Source of the DNA: Acinetobacter phage vB_AbaS_TCUP2199
Sequence record: ON323491.1
DNA: 64,000 nucleotides
Strand: one strand, 5' to 3'
Position 1 is the first letter of the stretch. Each line of letters begins with the position of its first letter. Below are positions 46,281 through 56,522 of this stretch, one piece after another. The notes beneath the pieces were generated by a model, which was not told where the DNA came from, searched no databases, and was given only the letters and a program-made list of their open reading frames with translations. The translations under genes were made by a program, and so were the position numbers.

Positions 46281-47342
46281 ATGTCTATGCCAGATGACGT
46301 TTTAAAAAACTTACGTGGGGTTTTGCACTTTTCACGTGCTGAGTTAGCTTCACCGCCACAGCCATTTTCTGAGGAAATAGCTGCAGAAATTCGCGCAATG
46401 CTATATCCACCTGTACCTCTATACCTTTCACGTAAATCTATTTTTGAATTAATGAATGAAGGTCATAAGGTAACGATTGAAGGCAAAGAATGGCGACCAG
46501 CTCATTTTTATTTATTTGAACATTTATATGATCAAGACTTGCCAGTAGAAGCAACAGGACCACAGCCAGATATTGCAGAATTAAAACGTAAACAAGCAGT
46601 GCGTGAATATTTTGGTATTGACGCTGAACAGTTTGAAGCTGGTGTCAAAAAAGCAGCAGAAGCTTTCCAAGCAATGTCTCATGCTGCACAAATGAAATTT
46701 AAAAAATGTGAAGGCCCATGTTCGGGCAAATGTGGAGAAAATCAAGTGACTCAAGATCGTAAAGTTTCAGGTGACCATGTTGGTGCAGTTAGTATGGCTA
46801 ATGCTCGACAGACAGCGGATATTAACCCTCAAGCTCGTTATGAAAAAGGCGGTTTCACTGGTACAGTAAAACAGTTTGGTGAAACTATGGCAGTTGGTGC
46901 AAACGTTGAGCAACTTCCAAAAGTTGGAAGTGATATTTTCAAACAAGTTCGTGGTATGGACCCAGATGAACATCAACGTATTCAAGACCACTATAACGAA
47001 TCTGTAGCTATGGCTGCTGGTTCAAAATTCCAATTTGAACCAGCTCGTATGATGAATGTTCGCCAAGGTTATTCTGAACTTGCTGAGGTTCTTGCACTGG
47101 CTCTTGAACAGGCACAGAACGGGAAAGGGAATGCGCGTCACCAAGTGGGTACGACACCGTTTATTGCTCAGCCAATTTGTGAACTTGCGCGTCTATATGG
47201 TGTTGGTTACAACTTCGGTCAGGCAGCTAAAAAAGCTCATGAAACTCAACAGCTTGAATCTAAAGAAGCAAAATTGGCTGAAATCCTTGGTGGTATTAAT
47301 TATCTAGCTGCAGCATATATTGTTATTGCTGAGCAAGAATAA
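46281..47342 (+). CDS. Hypothetical protein (353 aa)
   Basis: Listed ORF. Confidence 0.55.
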   Translation: MSMPDDVLKNLRGVLHFSRAELASPPQPFSEEIAAEIRAMLYPPVPLYLSRKSIFELMNEGHKVTIEGKEWRPAHFYLFEHLYDQDLPVEATGPQPDIAELKRKQAVREYFGIDAEQFEAGVKKAAEAFQAMSHAAQMKFKKCEGPCSGKCGENQVTQDRKVSGDHVGAVSMANARQTADINPQARYEKGGFTGTVKQFGETMAVGANVEQLPKVGSDIFKQVRGMDPDEHQRIQDHYNESVAMAAGSKFQFEPARMMNVRQGYSELAEVLALALEQAQNGKGNARHQVGTTPFIAQPICELARLYGVGYNFGQAAKKAHETQQLESKEAKLAEILGGINYLAAAYIVIAEQE

Positions 47343-47411
47343 ACACAATATGTAGTTGTCAAGACTATTTTTTAATATATTTTTGCAGTAAATTACTACC
47401 ATCACCACCAT

Positions 47412-47440
47412 AAAGGGCACGTCACGTGCCCTTTATTTTC
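47412..47440 (+). terminator. Hairpin AAAGGGCACG-tca-CGTGCCCTTT followed by ATTTTC
   Basis: Read from the sequence. Confidence 0.55.
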
Positions 47441-47458
47441 GACTCTACAGGTAGAAAT

Positions 47459-49408
47459 ATGTTATTAAAAAACCATGTTGATTATTCGCGTGATCAACTA
47501 TTGTCAGCCTTTGGTATGGCGACATTGAAAGACCGATACCTCAAACCATTTGAAGAATCACCTCAAGAACTTTATATGAGAGCTGCAACCGCTTGGGGAA
47601 GTAATAAAGCTCACTCTCTCCGTCTATATGACTATGCCAGTAAAGGCTGGTTTGGTTTTGCAAGTCCCACTATTTCAAATGCCCCTGTACGAACAAATTA
47701 CCTCTCCGACACTGTAGCAAACTTCACACGCGAATGCTTTGAGTCTGTAGAAGGTGCTTTACCAATCTCTTGTTTCACTGGCTATGTGGGCGATAACCGC
47801 GAAGAAATCGGGAACCATTACTATGAATCTGTTTGGCTGGCTTCAAATGGCGGTGGCTATAAAGCTGCATGGTCTGCACTTCGACCAATCAATTCGTCAA
47901 CTTCAACAGGCTCTAAGACGGGTGGACTTATTCCATTTTTCCATGTTATGGATGGTCTTATTATTGCTACTCACCAAGGTAATAACCGACGTGGCGTGTA
48001 CGGTGGTGCTTGTGATGTTAGTCATGTCGAAATTATTGAGTTTATTAGCAGCCGAAAAATGACAGGTGACGTGAATAAACGTTCACGTAATATTTTCCAA
48101 ACTGTCAATATCCCAGATATTTTCATGTACGCTGTACTTGAAGATGCAATGTGGGGCCTAACAGACCACCATGGTAATGTTGTAAAAACTATCAAAGCAC
48201 GTGTGCTTTGGGAAATGATCATGGAAATGCCATTTGAAACTGGCTGCCCATTCATTATGTGGTCTGACTCAGCAAATGATGCTTTACCAACTTCTCAAAA
48301 AATGCTTGGTCTTAAAGTTCACAACCCTAACATCTGTACTGAAATCACATTGGCTACCAATAAAGATCGTACTGCTGTTTGCTGCTTGTGTTCACCAAAC
48401 GCTGCCAAATACGATGAATGGAAAGACCACCCTCAGTTCATTTCAGACCTTACAGAAATGCTTGATAACATTCTGGAATACTTTATCCAAAATGCTATGT
48501 ATGCATGTACTAAGGATTATGACTGGGATAAGTTATACAACACCATTAATGAATCAATGTCTGAAATTGGCGTTGAATTAACTGCAGACCAAGTTCAAAA
48601 ATTGGCTAAAGACATTGTTGAAAAGAATATCATGGGCTACAAAAAAGCTGTGTATTCTGCTAAACGTGAACGTGCCATTGGTATTGGTTTAATGGGCCTT
48701 GACACATATTTCATGTCAAAAGAAATTGCTTATGAATCAAATGAAGCATTGGCTCTTACCCAAGAAATCACACGCAATATCAAATCTAACTTTGTCAAAG
48801 CTTCTAAACGTTTAGCCCTTGAACGTGGTGAGCCAGAAGACATGATCGGCACTGGTATGCGTAACTCACACGGTTTGGCTATTGCACCAACTGCAACTAA
48901 CTCAATCATTGTGAACGTGACTGCAGCGTTAGAAAAATGCTATGAAAACATTTATACGCAAAAAACCAAGTCTGGTACTTTTGAAGTTGTAAACCCAGCA
49001 CTGGTTAAGTTGCTTGATAAATATGGTATCAACACACCAGAAGTTCGCAAGTCTATTGCTGACCAGCAGGGTTCTGTACAACATATTGAACAGTTCACAG
49101 ATCATGAACGTAAATATTTACGTACAGCATTTGAAGTGGACCAACGTTGGATTGTTGAACACGCTGCAGTAGCACAACAATCTGTGTGTCAAGCTATCTC
49201 TGTGAACCTGTTCTTTAAACCAGAAACGCCACGTGAATATGTGAACAATGTTCACTTGTTAATGTGGAAACGTGGTTTAAAAACTCGTTACTACGTTCGC
49301 ACAAAAGCGGTCAATACTGCAGATGCATTTGCAGACGAATTGATCAAAAATTACAACACTATTGACTATACTGCAGGCTTCAATAGCTGTGTAGCATGTG
49401 AAGCATAA
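47459..49408 (+). CDS. nrdA: Class I ribonucleotide reductase large subunit (NrdA); no ATP-cone evident
   Basis: NICTEI active-site motif; length and layout. Start trimmed to ATG 47459 (listed ORF begins at GTG 47426). Confidence 0.85.
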   Translation: MLLKNHVDYSRDQLLSAFGMATLKDRYLKPFEESPQELYMRAATAWGSNKAHSLRLYDYASKGWFGFASPTISNAPVRTNYLSDTVANFTRECFESVEGALPISCFTGYVGDNREEIGNHYYESVWLASNGGGYKAAWSALRPINSSTSTGSKTGGLIPFFHVMDGLIIATHQGNNRRGVYGGACDVSHVEIIEFISSRKMTGDVNKRSRNIFQTVNIPDIFMYAVLEDAMWGLTDHHGNVVKTIKARVLWEMIMEMPFETGCPFIMWSDSANDALPTSQKMLGLKVHNPNICTEITLATNKDRTAVCCLCSPNAAKYDEWKDHPQFISDLTEMLDNILEYFIQNAMYACTKDYDWDKLYNTINESMSEIGVELTADQVQKLAKDIVEKNIMGYKKAVYSAKRERAIGIGLMGLDTYFMSKEIAYESNEALALTQEITRNIKSNFVKASKRLALERGEPEDMIGTGMRNSHGLAIAPTATNSIIVNVTAALEKCYENIYTQKTKSGTFEVVNPALVKLLDKYGINTPEVRKSIADQQGSVQHIEQFTDHERKYLRTAFEVDQRWIVEHAAVAQQSVCQAISVNLFFKPETPREYVNNVHLLMWKRGLKTRYYVRTKAVNTADAFADELIKNYNTIDYTAGFNSCVACEA

Positions 49409-50459
49409 GGAAAAACCCGTGGAAAATCAAGAAGTTAAGCAATTTAAATTGACGGATAAACGACCATACTACAAGCCATTTACTTATCCATGGGCTTACC
49501 AGTATGCCGAAGAACACCGTCGTATGAACTGGACTAAAGAGGAAGTTCGTTCATTACACGAAGACATTCTGGACTGGCATGCTTTACCAGAGGAACGTCG
49601 TAAACCATTAGAACTTCTGCTTCTGTACTTTACTCAAGCAGACTGGGATATTGGTGATTCGTACATTGAAAACCTTTTCCGCTGGTACAAAATGCCAGAA
49701 CTTCGCCATGGTTTAATTCGTACTGTTGACCGTGAAGCAACTCACGTAGACAACTACGATTTGCTACCAGACCAGTTTGGTATTCCTCATCGTAACTACC
49801 AAGACTTGATGGACATTGACGCTATCTATGACCAACATGCCTTTATGGTTGCACAACCAGATGATGATTCTGTTGAAGCTCGTTTGTTGACTTTAACCAA
49901 ACATATCTGTGGTGAGGGTATTTCGATTTACGGTATTTTCTTAATGCTGTTAAACGAATCCCGCTTTGGTCGTATGAAATGTTTGGGCCAAGAAATTGTC
50001 TCTTGGTCAGCACGTGATGAAAACCAACACGTTGGTTTCTTGACTAAATTGTTCACTACCGAGCTTGAAGAAAACCCAGAGGTTGATTTAGAACAATTAC
50101 GCCAAAATGTGGTTTGCTTAATCAAGCTTGCTGTTGAACGTGCTATTGCAATGGCTAAAACTGTTCTAAGCTATGGTCCATTAGAGGATTTAACCTTTGA
50201 ACAGATTTCATATTTCTTAATGCAGTTAGCCAATGTTCGTATCCGTCGCATGGGCTTAGGCATTAAATCTATCTATGATGTAGACGAAATTGTTCGCCTT
50301 GAATGGGCTGGTTCATTATTCCGTGGTTCATTGGATAACTTCTTTGAAACTGCAGGGACCAACTACCAGATTGGTGCAATGATTGGTGAATGGAAATATC
50401 CTGAACCTAATACCTATTTCAAAGACAGTGATTATGAAAAAATGATTGCCAATGGTTAA
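49398..50459 (+). CDS. nrdB: Class I ribonucleotide reductase small subunit (NrdB)
   Basis: Ferritin-like EATH and ENQH metal-ligand motifs; NWTKEEV region aligns with R2 proteins. Start is GTG 49398 or GTG 49419. Confidence 0.75.
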   Translation: MKHKEKPVENQEVKQFKLTDKRPYYKPFTYPWAYQYAEEHRRMNWTKEEVRSLHEDILDWHALPEERRKPLELLLLYFTQADWDIGDSYIENLFRWYKMPELRHGLIRTVDREATHVDNYDLLPDQFGIPHRNYQDLMDIDAIYDQHAFMVAQPDDDSVEARLLTLTKHICGEGISIYGIFLMLLNESRFGRMKCLGQEIVSWSARDENQHVGFLTKLFTTELEENPEVDLEQLRQNVVCLIKLAVERAIAMAKTVLSYGPLEDLTFEQISYFLMQLANVRIRRMGLGIKSIYDVDEIVRLEWAGSLFRGSLDNFFETAGTNYQIGAMIGEWKYPEPNTYFKDSDYEKMIANG

Positions 50460-50468
50460 GCCATAAAG

Positions 50469-50497
50469 AAAAATACCGCCACTTGGCGGTATTTTTT
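50469..50497. terminator. Bidirectional intrinsic terminator AAAAATACCGCC-acttg-GCGGTATTTTTT between the convergent nrdB and tail-fibre genes
   Basis: Perfect stem with A-tract and T-tract flanks. Confidence 0.7.
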
Positions 50498-51497
50498 ATG
50501 CTACGTATTCACTTGGATTATAGTTGCCAGCAATCTGGCTCACGACACGTTCAATCATTAGGCCACTGATATGGAATTGGTTGCCAGCTTCACCGTCGCC
50601 ATTTGGATAGAAACCAATAACAGCACCGCCAGTTGTATTTGCAATAAAGCTGATAGAGTAACGAGTCATTGTTTCAGATAAAACCAATGGGTGCGGGTTG
50701 GTTACAGCAAAGTTACCATCTGCTAGTCGGATGACACAACGCATTTTTTTACCTGCAGTTGCAGCCATGGCGTAGAAGCTGTAAATATATTGAACCCCAG
50801 CTACCAGTTGGATGTTCTCGTAAGTATCTGGTGTGTCATCAAAATAAATATAAGCGTCTGGGTTAGCAGCATTGGTACACTCAATAGTCAACCGTTTTCC
50901 ACGTACATGTTTTAATGTGGTTTCATCACTTACTGTGGCCGTAACATCTGCTTTGGACCAGCTTGCAACACCAGCAAAGCTTTTGATGTAATCATTTAAA
51001 AGGTTTATGCCTGCGCCTGCTTTACTGAGTAAGCCATACATTAAGCCACGGACCTGAGAAACAGCACCAATGGTTGCAGCTAGACCATGTTCAGTCTCAG
51101 ATGCGTAAATGTCACCGCTTAAAGCAACAATACCAGTTACGCCTACGCCTGCAGCACGAATATCATTCATGGAAACGCCAGTGATTAAGCCTTGGGCATT
51201 CACTGTGATAGACGGAATTTTAATTGTGGACATGTAGGTCCCAGCAACAACCCCTGAGTTCTGCAGGGTTAAAATTGCTGATTTATTACCTGAACCATCA
51301 AAGCTGACAGAACCAGTTACTGAGCCAGAAAAAGAAAGGGTAATTTCTGTAGCCCATTTACTTGCTGACACAGCATTATCGGCAGCATTTAACTTACCTT
51401 CTTTTAAATCTTTAATGTCTTGACCAACTCTTACAGCGAGTTCGTTTACACCTACCGCTACCTGTTCGGCCGTTAGTGTTTCAATTGTGTCAGCCAT
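50496..51497 (-). CDS. Tail fibre protein
   Basis: Sits after the J-like gene; Gly/Ser/Thr-rich beta-type sequence. Confidence 0.55.
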   Translation of the reverse strand: MADTIETLTAEQVAVGVNELAVRVGQDIKDLKEGKLNAADNAVSASKWATEITLSFSGSVTGSVSFDGSGNKSAILTLQNSGVVAGTYMSTIKIPSITVNAQGLITGVSMNDIRAAGVGVTGIVALSGDIYASETEHGLAATIGAVSQVRGLMYGLLSKAGAGINLLNDYIKSFAGVASWSKADVTATVSDETTLKHVRGKRLTIECTNAANPDAYIYFDDTPDTYENIQLVAGVQYIYSFYAMAATAGKKMRCVIRLADGNFAVTNPHPLVLSETMTRYSISFIANTTGGAVIGFYPNGDGEAGNQFHISGLMIERVVSQIAGNYNPSEYVA

Positions 51498-51512
51498 AAA
51501 TAGGACCCATAA

Positions 51513-51538
51513 AATACACCCATATCAATGGGTGTATT
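51513..51538 (-). promoter_or_regulatory. 10-bp perfect hairpin (AATACACCCA / TGGGTGTATT) between the J-like and fibre genes
   Basis: Read from the sequence. Confidence 0.4.
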
Positions 51539-51548
51539 CTATCAGAGA

Positions 51549-54500
51549 TTAACTTGAGCTGCTGTTATAAACAGCGGTAGGGTTAAAACCGTTGGTAGAC
51601 ACCGCTGGTACAATCACCTCAGCCCATTCAGAATCTAAAGCATTGTATTCCCAATCTGGTGGGTCACCAATTACACCATTCTTATCTGAGACACGAATCT
51701 TGATCTTGGCACCAACAAAAGTTTCATCTGGGGCAAATAATATACCGCCCATACTGTTGTCAACTTCAAAGTACAAATCAAAGATACCTGAATTGGCTGG
51801 TGTACTTGCTGCTTTAATTGGTAAGTCAAGGTAACCATAAATACGATAGTCACCATCGTTATGATCTGAAATTACAGCAAAGAAAGGTGACCATGCATAT
51901 TGCTCACGGAAATACTGCTCAAATATTGGATACTGACTATAATTTGGAATTTGCACAACTAAATGTACGAATACCATCCCTTCTGGTGCAGTACGAATAT
52001 TCCAGCTTTGTTTAGCGCGAGTATATGACTCAATACCAAGGATTACTGGTTTAGGGTACTTAGCAACTGGTAAGCTGCCAGAATCATCCCCATAATAAGT
52101 CCAAGTGTCAGTTTTTTGAGTATCTACAAAACCACCGTTGGCAGCACTTGTAGCTTCATAGCGTAAACTCATTTTGTATGTGCCAGCGCCAACATACGGA
52201 ATATCGTAGTAAGTAGAATCAACTGGTACTGGTTGGTTGGCACTTGATCTATACGGAGCTGAATAGTTTACATAAGCTTCGTTATAAATTAAACCAGTGT
52301 ACGGTTGGAAGTTAGCCTGAGTAAATGCAAAACGGATACTCTTGGTCGGAGCATAATATTCAGCAGAAATAAACTTAGGTAAACCATTTTCCTGAGCTTT
52401 ACCAAGCTGAACATTATCCATGATTAATGGTTCACCTGCCTGCCCAGCTTTGTTGTATGGTGTAATCTTCAACTTCAAACTGGTTGTCTCAGGGAAAGCT
52501 GGGGCCAACACACCTTCGGTATCAAACAATATGGTTTCACGCGCTTCACCAGTTTCCTTGTTTACCCAAGTAATTTTGTACTTGTGTGCTGGGTCAATCG
52601 TATTAAACGTAATACCATAAGTTGGCTGACCTAAAGCGTTTGACAAATCACGAAGCCACAGGCGAACATCAAACGGCATACTAGGGATACGGTCACGCTT
52701 ATAGGTTAAGTCCAAACTGTTATATTTGAAATTAACCAAGCTTGGGTCATTAATATTGTCAATGGCTTGGTACTTGATCGGGGCAACAATGGCACCTTTA
52801 AACAAGAACATTTCGCCTTGAGCAACGTCTGACGAATCCGTTTGTTCAATACTGAGGACACGGAAAATTTTAGGCTGACCGTACACGCCACCTGCTAAAC
52901 CAATTGGTGCATTCTCAATACTGTTAAGGTATAAGTTTACATCATCCAATTTTTCAACTTCTGTCACCAGTAACTGGTGCGGGTTGATACTTTTCACGAA
53001 TGCAGTCATCACAGTATCCTGTGTATGGAAATACATTGTGTAAACTTCACTAGATGACATTTCAACCAAAGCATCACGAAGGGTAACCAACTGGGTTGCT
53101 GGGTCGTAACTAGAAATACGAGTACCTAAACCCCAATCCATTTCTTTATCGAAGATATAGAAATTATCATATAAATCAACAACATGACCCAAACGAGGTT
53201 GGGTGAATGTGATGAAAGTGGTTTCCTCTTTATTGGTGTACATTAAGTAAACCGCCTGACGGATAGCTTCACTTAAATTAGTTGCACCAACACATTGGAA
53301 TGCGTAAGGAATAATACCATTGACCGCTTGGCTTTCTTCATCTAAAAGAACACGACGGTCCTCTTGGTAATCGTTCGCAGCATTGGCAAAAATTACACGC
53401 ATGAAGTTATACCGTGATGAAAGGTCAGAACGGTAATAGCTTAAACCAGTTTGGAATACTGTTTCTGAACTGACAAAGAAACGAGGGGTCTTTGGTTTAT
53501 CAATAAAGAAGCGATAAACACCAAACATCTCCCGACTGGTCGCATGGAATGAACCAAGGACATATTTTAAGTATTCATCAATGTCGCGTTCAGCGGTAAT
53601 AGCTTCATTAAAAGTGTGACGAGGTTTCATTTCACCGTTAAGGTCAGGTACTTTCTCATCACAATACTTGATAGCTTCCATCAAGCTGGTGTTGTCTACA
53701 CGTAGCTGCGGCTCACTAGCTCGTTTACCCCAATCGCGGTTCATGATGATCTCACGCGCAATTAGAGCATTATTGTCGGTCCAACCTTTCTTGAATCGAC
53801 CATCCCAGATGCCTGCCCAAGTTTTGGTGATCGGATTATAGTTGACAGGAATGTCACACATTAAACCCATAATCTCAGCAGTAAAGTCTGGCACATCGTC
53901 AAAACGGTCAGTATGCTGGGCCACAACATGGCAGATAGCGGTTTTTGGATAAGCTTTTTCTGTGTCAGTAATGATAGTCACACTATCTAAACTGATTGTT
54001 TTAGATGAGAATTTCTTTTCATCAGAAGTCAATTCCTTACTACGACGAACAATTTGAACTTCCCAATCATGGTTAGCATCTGAGTCATCAAAAATAGGAA
54101 TGTTTAATTCGTAAATGTAACCTGCCGTAGTCTTACCAGTTACCACAATCATTTCATTTTGAATTTGAGAAGTAGTAGTACCCGTTGGTAATTGGCTTAA
54201 ATACTTTTCATATAAATCAACAGAATAAGCACGACGAATTAAACGACCATAGCCGCCATTCTGATACTGAATTTCTGTTTCTGCAGGTGTATCTAAGTTA
54301 CCTAAGTCAGCAGACACAATGTTTTTGAGTTCTTTTAAAGTGTTTAACTCAAAATCATATTGCTGAGCAGGGGTCATGGCATCAAAATCAAGACCTCTAT
54401 CTTTAGCAGCTTGACGAAGGGTAGCAACCTTACGCTTATATTGAATTAAAGTCTCTGTGGTTTCATTCACATAACGCCAATTAGTGTCACCAACACGACG

Positions 54501-54938
54501 ATATTTCACCTGAAAAATTACAGATGATTCATAACTGTTCTGACCATCACCAGCGGTTAATTGGTTAATGATGATACGAACATCTAAGCTTTTGATAGCG
54601 CCACGGTATTGGGCTGGTGTAACGATTGTTCGCGCAACATCTGCAGGTAAAGATAAACCTAAACTACCAGCAATAATTGAAGATTCACCGCCCGAAAAAT
54701 AACGGATAGGTTGATCATCCATATACCCTTGACGAATATTTACAGCTACGTCTTGGAAATTATACTCCCCAGTCTCAGCTACCAAAGGCAAATTATTGAT
54801 GTAGAAAGATTTTAAACCATCTTTTAATCCAAAAATGGTTCCTTCACACATACCAAATGCCAGCTCTACAATATCTTGGCTATATAAGTTATCGGCCGCA
54901 ATCGTAGGGCTAGGCGGTTGTTTTTTCTTACCACCCAT
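51549..54938 (-). CDS. Tail tip / host-specificity protein (lambda gpJ-like, 1129 aa)
   Basis: Size and position after the gpI-like gene in a lambda-like M-L-K-I-J order. Confidence 0.6.
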   Translation of the reverse strand: MGGKKKQPPSPTIAADNLYSQDIVELAFGMCEGTIFGLKDGLKSFYINNLPLVAETGEYNFQDVAVNIRQGYMDDQPIRYFSGGESSIIAGSLGLSLPADVARTIVTPAQYRGAIKSLDVRIIINQLTAGDGQNSYESSVIFQVKYRRVGDTNWRYVNETTETLIQYKRKVATLRQAAKDRGLDFDAMTPAQQYDFELNTLKELKNIVSADLGNLDTPAETEIQYQNGGYGRLIRRAYSVDLYEKYLSQLPTGTTTSQIQNEMIVVTGKTTAGYIYELNIPIFDDSDANHDWEVQIVRRSKELTSDEKKFSSKTISLDSVTIITDTEKAYPKTAICHVVAQHTDRFDDVPDFTAEIMGLMCDIPVNYNPITKTWAGIWDGRFKKGWTDNNALIAREIIMNRDWGKRASEPQLRVDNTSLMEAIKYCDEKVPDLNGEMKPRHTFNEAITAERDIDEYLKYVLGSFHATSREMFGVYRFFIDKPKTPRFFVSSETVFQTGLSYYRSDLSSRYNFMRVIFANAANDYQEDRRVLLDEESQAVNGIIPYAFQCVGATNLSEAIRQAVYLMYTNKEETTFITFTQPRLGHVVDLYDNFYIFDKEMDWGLGTRISSYDPATQLVTLRDALVEMSSSEVYTMYFHTQDTVMTAFVKSINPHQLLVTEVEKLDDVNLYLNSIENAPIGLAGGVYGQPKIFRVLSIEQTDSSDVAQGEMFLFKGAIVAPIKYQAIDNINDPSLVNFKYNSLDLTYKRDRIPSMPFDVRLWLRDLSNALGQPTYGITFNTIDPAHKYKITWVNKETGEARETILFDTEGVLAPAFPETTSLKLKITPYNKAGQAGEPLIMDNVQLGKAQENGLPKFISAEYYAPTKSIRFAFTQANFQPYTGLIYNEAYVNYSAPYRSSANQPVPVDSTYYDIPYVGAGTYKMSLRYEATSAANGGFVDTQKTDTWTYYGDDSGSLPVAKYPKPVILGIESYTRAKQSWNIRTAPEGMVFVHLVVQIPNYSQYPIFEQYFREQYAWSPFFAVISDHNDGDYRIYGYLDLPIKAASTPANSGIFDLYFEVDNSMGGILFAPDETFVGAKIKIRVSDKNGVIGDPPDWEYNALDSEWAEVIVPAVSTNGFNPTAVYNSSSS

Positions 54939-54950
54939 AAGGGTACTCCA

Positions 54951-55724
54951 TTAAAATTCTGAACCAGTACGGTAAGTACCATTATCCACTTGATTTAATT
55001 TAACCTTATCACCAGCTTGGACAAAACCATAATACTTGTTAAGGTTTTGGGTTGGTAAATTTTCATCTACTTTACCAGTGAAATATGGTGAGTCAGTCGG
55101 GTCATCAATACCACTATATTTGCGAGATTCAACGTTGAAGCTGAACATGTGGAAACCAATTTTGTAGGTTCCAAACACGATTTGAATAGGTGTACCGATT
55201 TCCGAAGTGGTTCTGGCCCCAAAAGTACGTGAGCTATAATTACCATCATTCTTGGTTTCACTTTCTTTTGGAGTCGGTGACAGCAACTGCATAACCCCCA
55301 TAAGCATTAAGCCGTAACCGACTTTAATCATGACGGTTGTAGCTGCTGCAGCAAACGCACCACTGGCACCTGTAAATAATGCAGGGGCTGCGTATGGGGC
55401 AAGGACCGCGACAACAACCAAGACAACACCAATGACAATGTTTAACCAACCATTACCGCCACCAGCACCTTGGTAAGTTGAAGGTGCAACCATATTCTCA
55501 CCAACAGGTACAATGTCAAACACATGTTGATCGTCAGCAATAGTCGGGTTATTTAACTCAACCATGGTATGTAATTGTTTAATCCTGACTGGAACTGGTT
55601 TAATTTTTCCGTTCTCAGGATGTTGGGTAGCCAACAGTTTTAAAGCATCCAAAGGTGTGGATGCTTCAATATTGACTTCTGCAGGAAATAAATGCTGCAG
55701 GTCTGGGTGGAATTTTAGAATCAT
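54951..55724 (-). CDS. Tail assembly protein (gpI-like): N-terminal Ubl-like domain ending in GGG, then a hydrophobic segment
   Basis: …FDIVPV…GAGGGNGWLNIVIGVVLVVVAVL…. Position between the JAB ORF and the J-like gene. Confidence 0.5.
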   Translation of the reverse strand: MILKFHPDLQHLFPAEVNIEASTPLDALKLLATQHPENGKIKPVPVRIKQLHTMVELNNPTIADDQHVFDIVPVGENMVAPSTYQGAGGGNGWLNIVIGVVLVVVAVLAPYAAPALFTGASGAFAAAATTVMIKVGYGLMLMGVMQLLSPTPKESETKNDGNYSSRTFGARTTSEIGTPIQIVFGTYKIGFHMFSFNVESRKYSGIDDPTDSPYFTGKVDENLPTQNLNKYYGFVQAGDKVKLNQVDNGTYRTGSEF

Positions 55725-56038
55725 GTAGTTTCTTCTCTAAGAACAAAATCACGACGGACATAATATTCAGCGTATTCATCACGACTATTATAGATTCTAT
55801 GTCTATGATCTGGATACGCTAAAAAGGATAAATAATCATCCAAACTAAGGTTGATGTTATCATCCACATGTGAATGCCAAAAATAGGCAATCTGGTCCTT
55901 GTACTTTTCTATTTCCGCAGGGTCCATAGCGAAAAAATTACTAGGCTCTTTATGGATGTTCGGCACTTCAATTTGAGTGCCGTCCTTTAAAATAAATCCA
56001 CAGCGTTCGCTAAATGGACTCCAAAACTTACTCGACAT
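55721..56038 (-). CDS. JAB/MPN (JAMM) metalloprotease-domain protein (gpK-like, N-part)
   Basis: HSHVDDNINLSLDD matches HxHx7Sx2D. Confidence 0.65.
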   Translation of the reverse strand: MSSKFWSPFSERCGFILKDGTQIEVPNIHKEPSNFFAMDPAEIEKYKDQIAYFWHSHVDDNINLSLDDYLSFLAYPDHRHRIYNSRDEYAEYYVRRDFVLREETT

Positions 56039-56507
56039 ACCCAGCCACCTTCTGATAATTAGGCATTAAATCAATTACGTTGAACTGTACTACAGCATGT
56101 TCAACATCCTTGTGACGAGAAACCATTTGAATGCGACGAAGCCAAGCTGGTGTTAATGCTTCCTCACGTGGTTCACGATCAACTAATTGATGTAAGAATA
56201 ACTGGTTGCCAAGATAAATACCAACATGATTAATGGTACTGGCATGGACAGTCATGCTTAGAACATCACCAGCTTGCATGTCTTTTACATCCACACACGG
56301 TAAGTGTTGCCAGTAATCTTCACTATAAATTTTGGCAAACAAATCTAGGCGCGGGTCATAAAAATCCCGCGGTCTGGCATAGTTTGGCAAGAGGACACCA
56401 CAGGCTCTGTTTAAGACAGTTCTCACCACAGAGTAGCAGTCTGATTCCCCCTGAATATAAGGCAAATTTAATAAATCCTTATATACATCATACGGAATGT
56501 ATTGCAT
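56028..56507 (-). CDS. NlpC/P60-family cysteine peptidase-domain protein (gpK-like)
   Basis: ESDCYSVV Cys motif and INHVGIYLG His motif. Confidence 0.6.
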   Translation of the reverse strand: MQYIPYDVYKDLLNLPYIQGESDCYSVVRTVLNRACGVLLPNYARPRDFYDPRLDLFAKIYSEDYWQHLPCVDVKDMQAGDVLSMTVHASTINHVGIYLGNQLFLHQLVDREPREEALTPAWLRRIQMVSRHKDVEHAVVQFNVIDLMPNYQKVAGYVE

Positions 56508-56522
56508 AAAAATCCTTTATTA

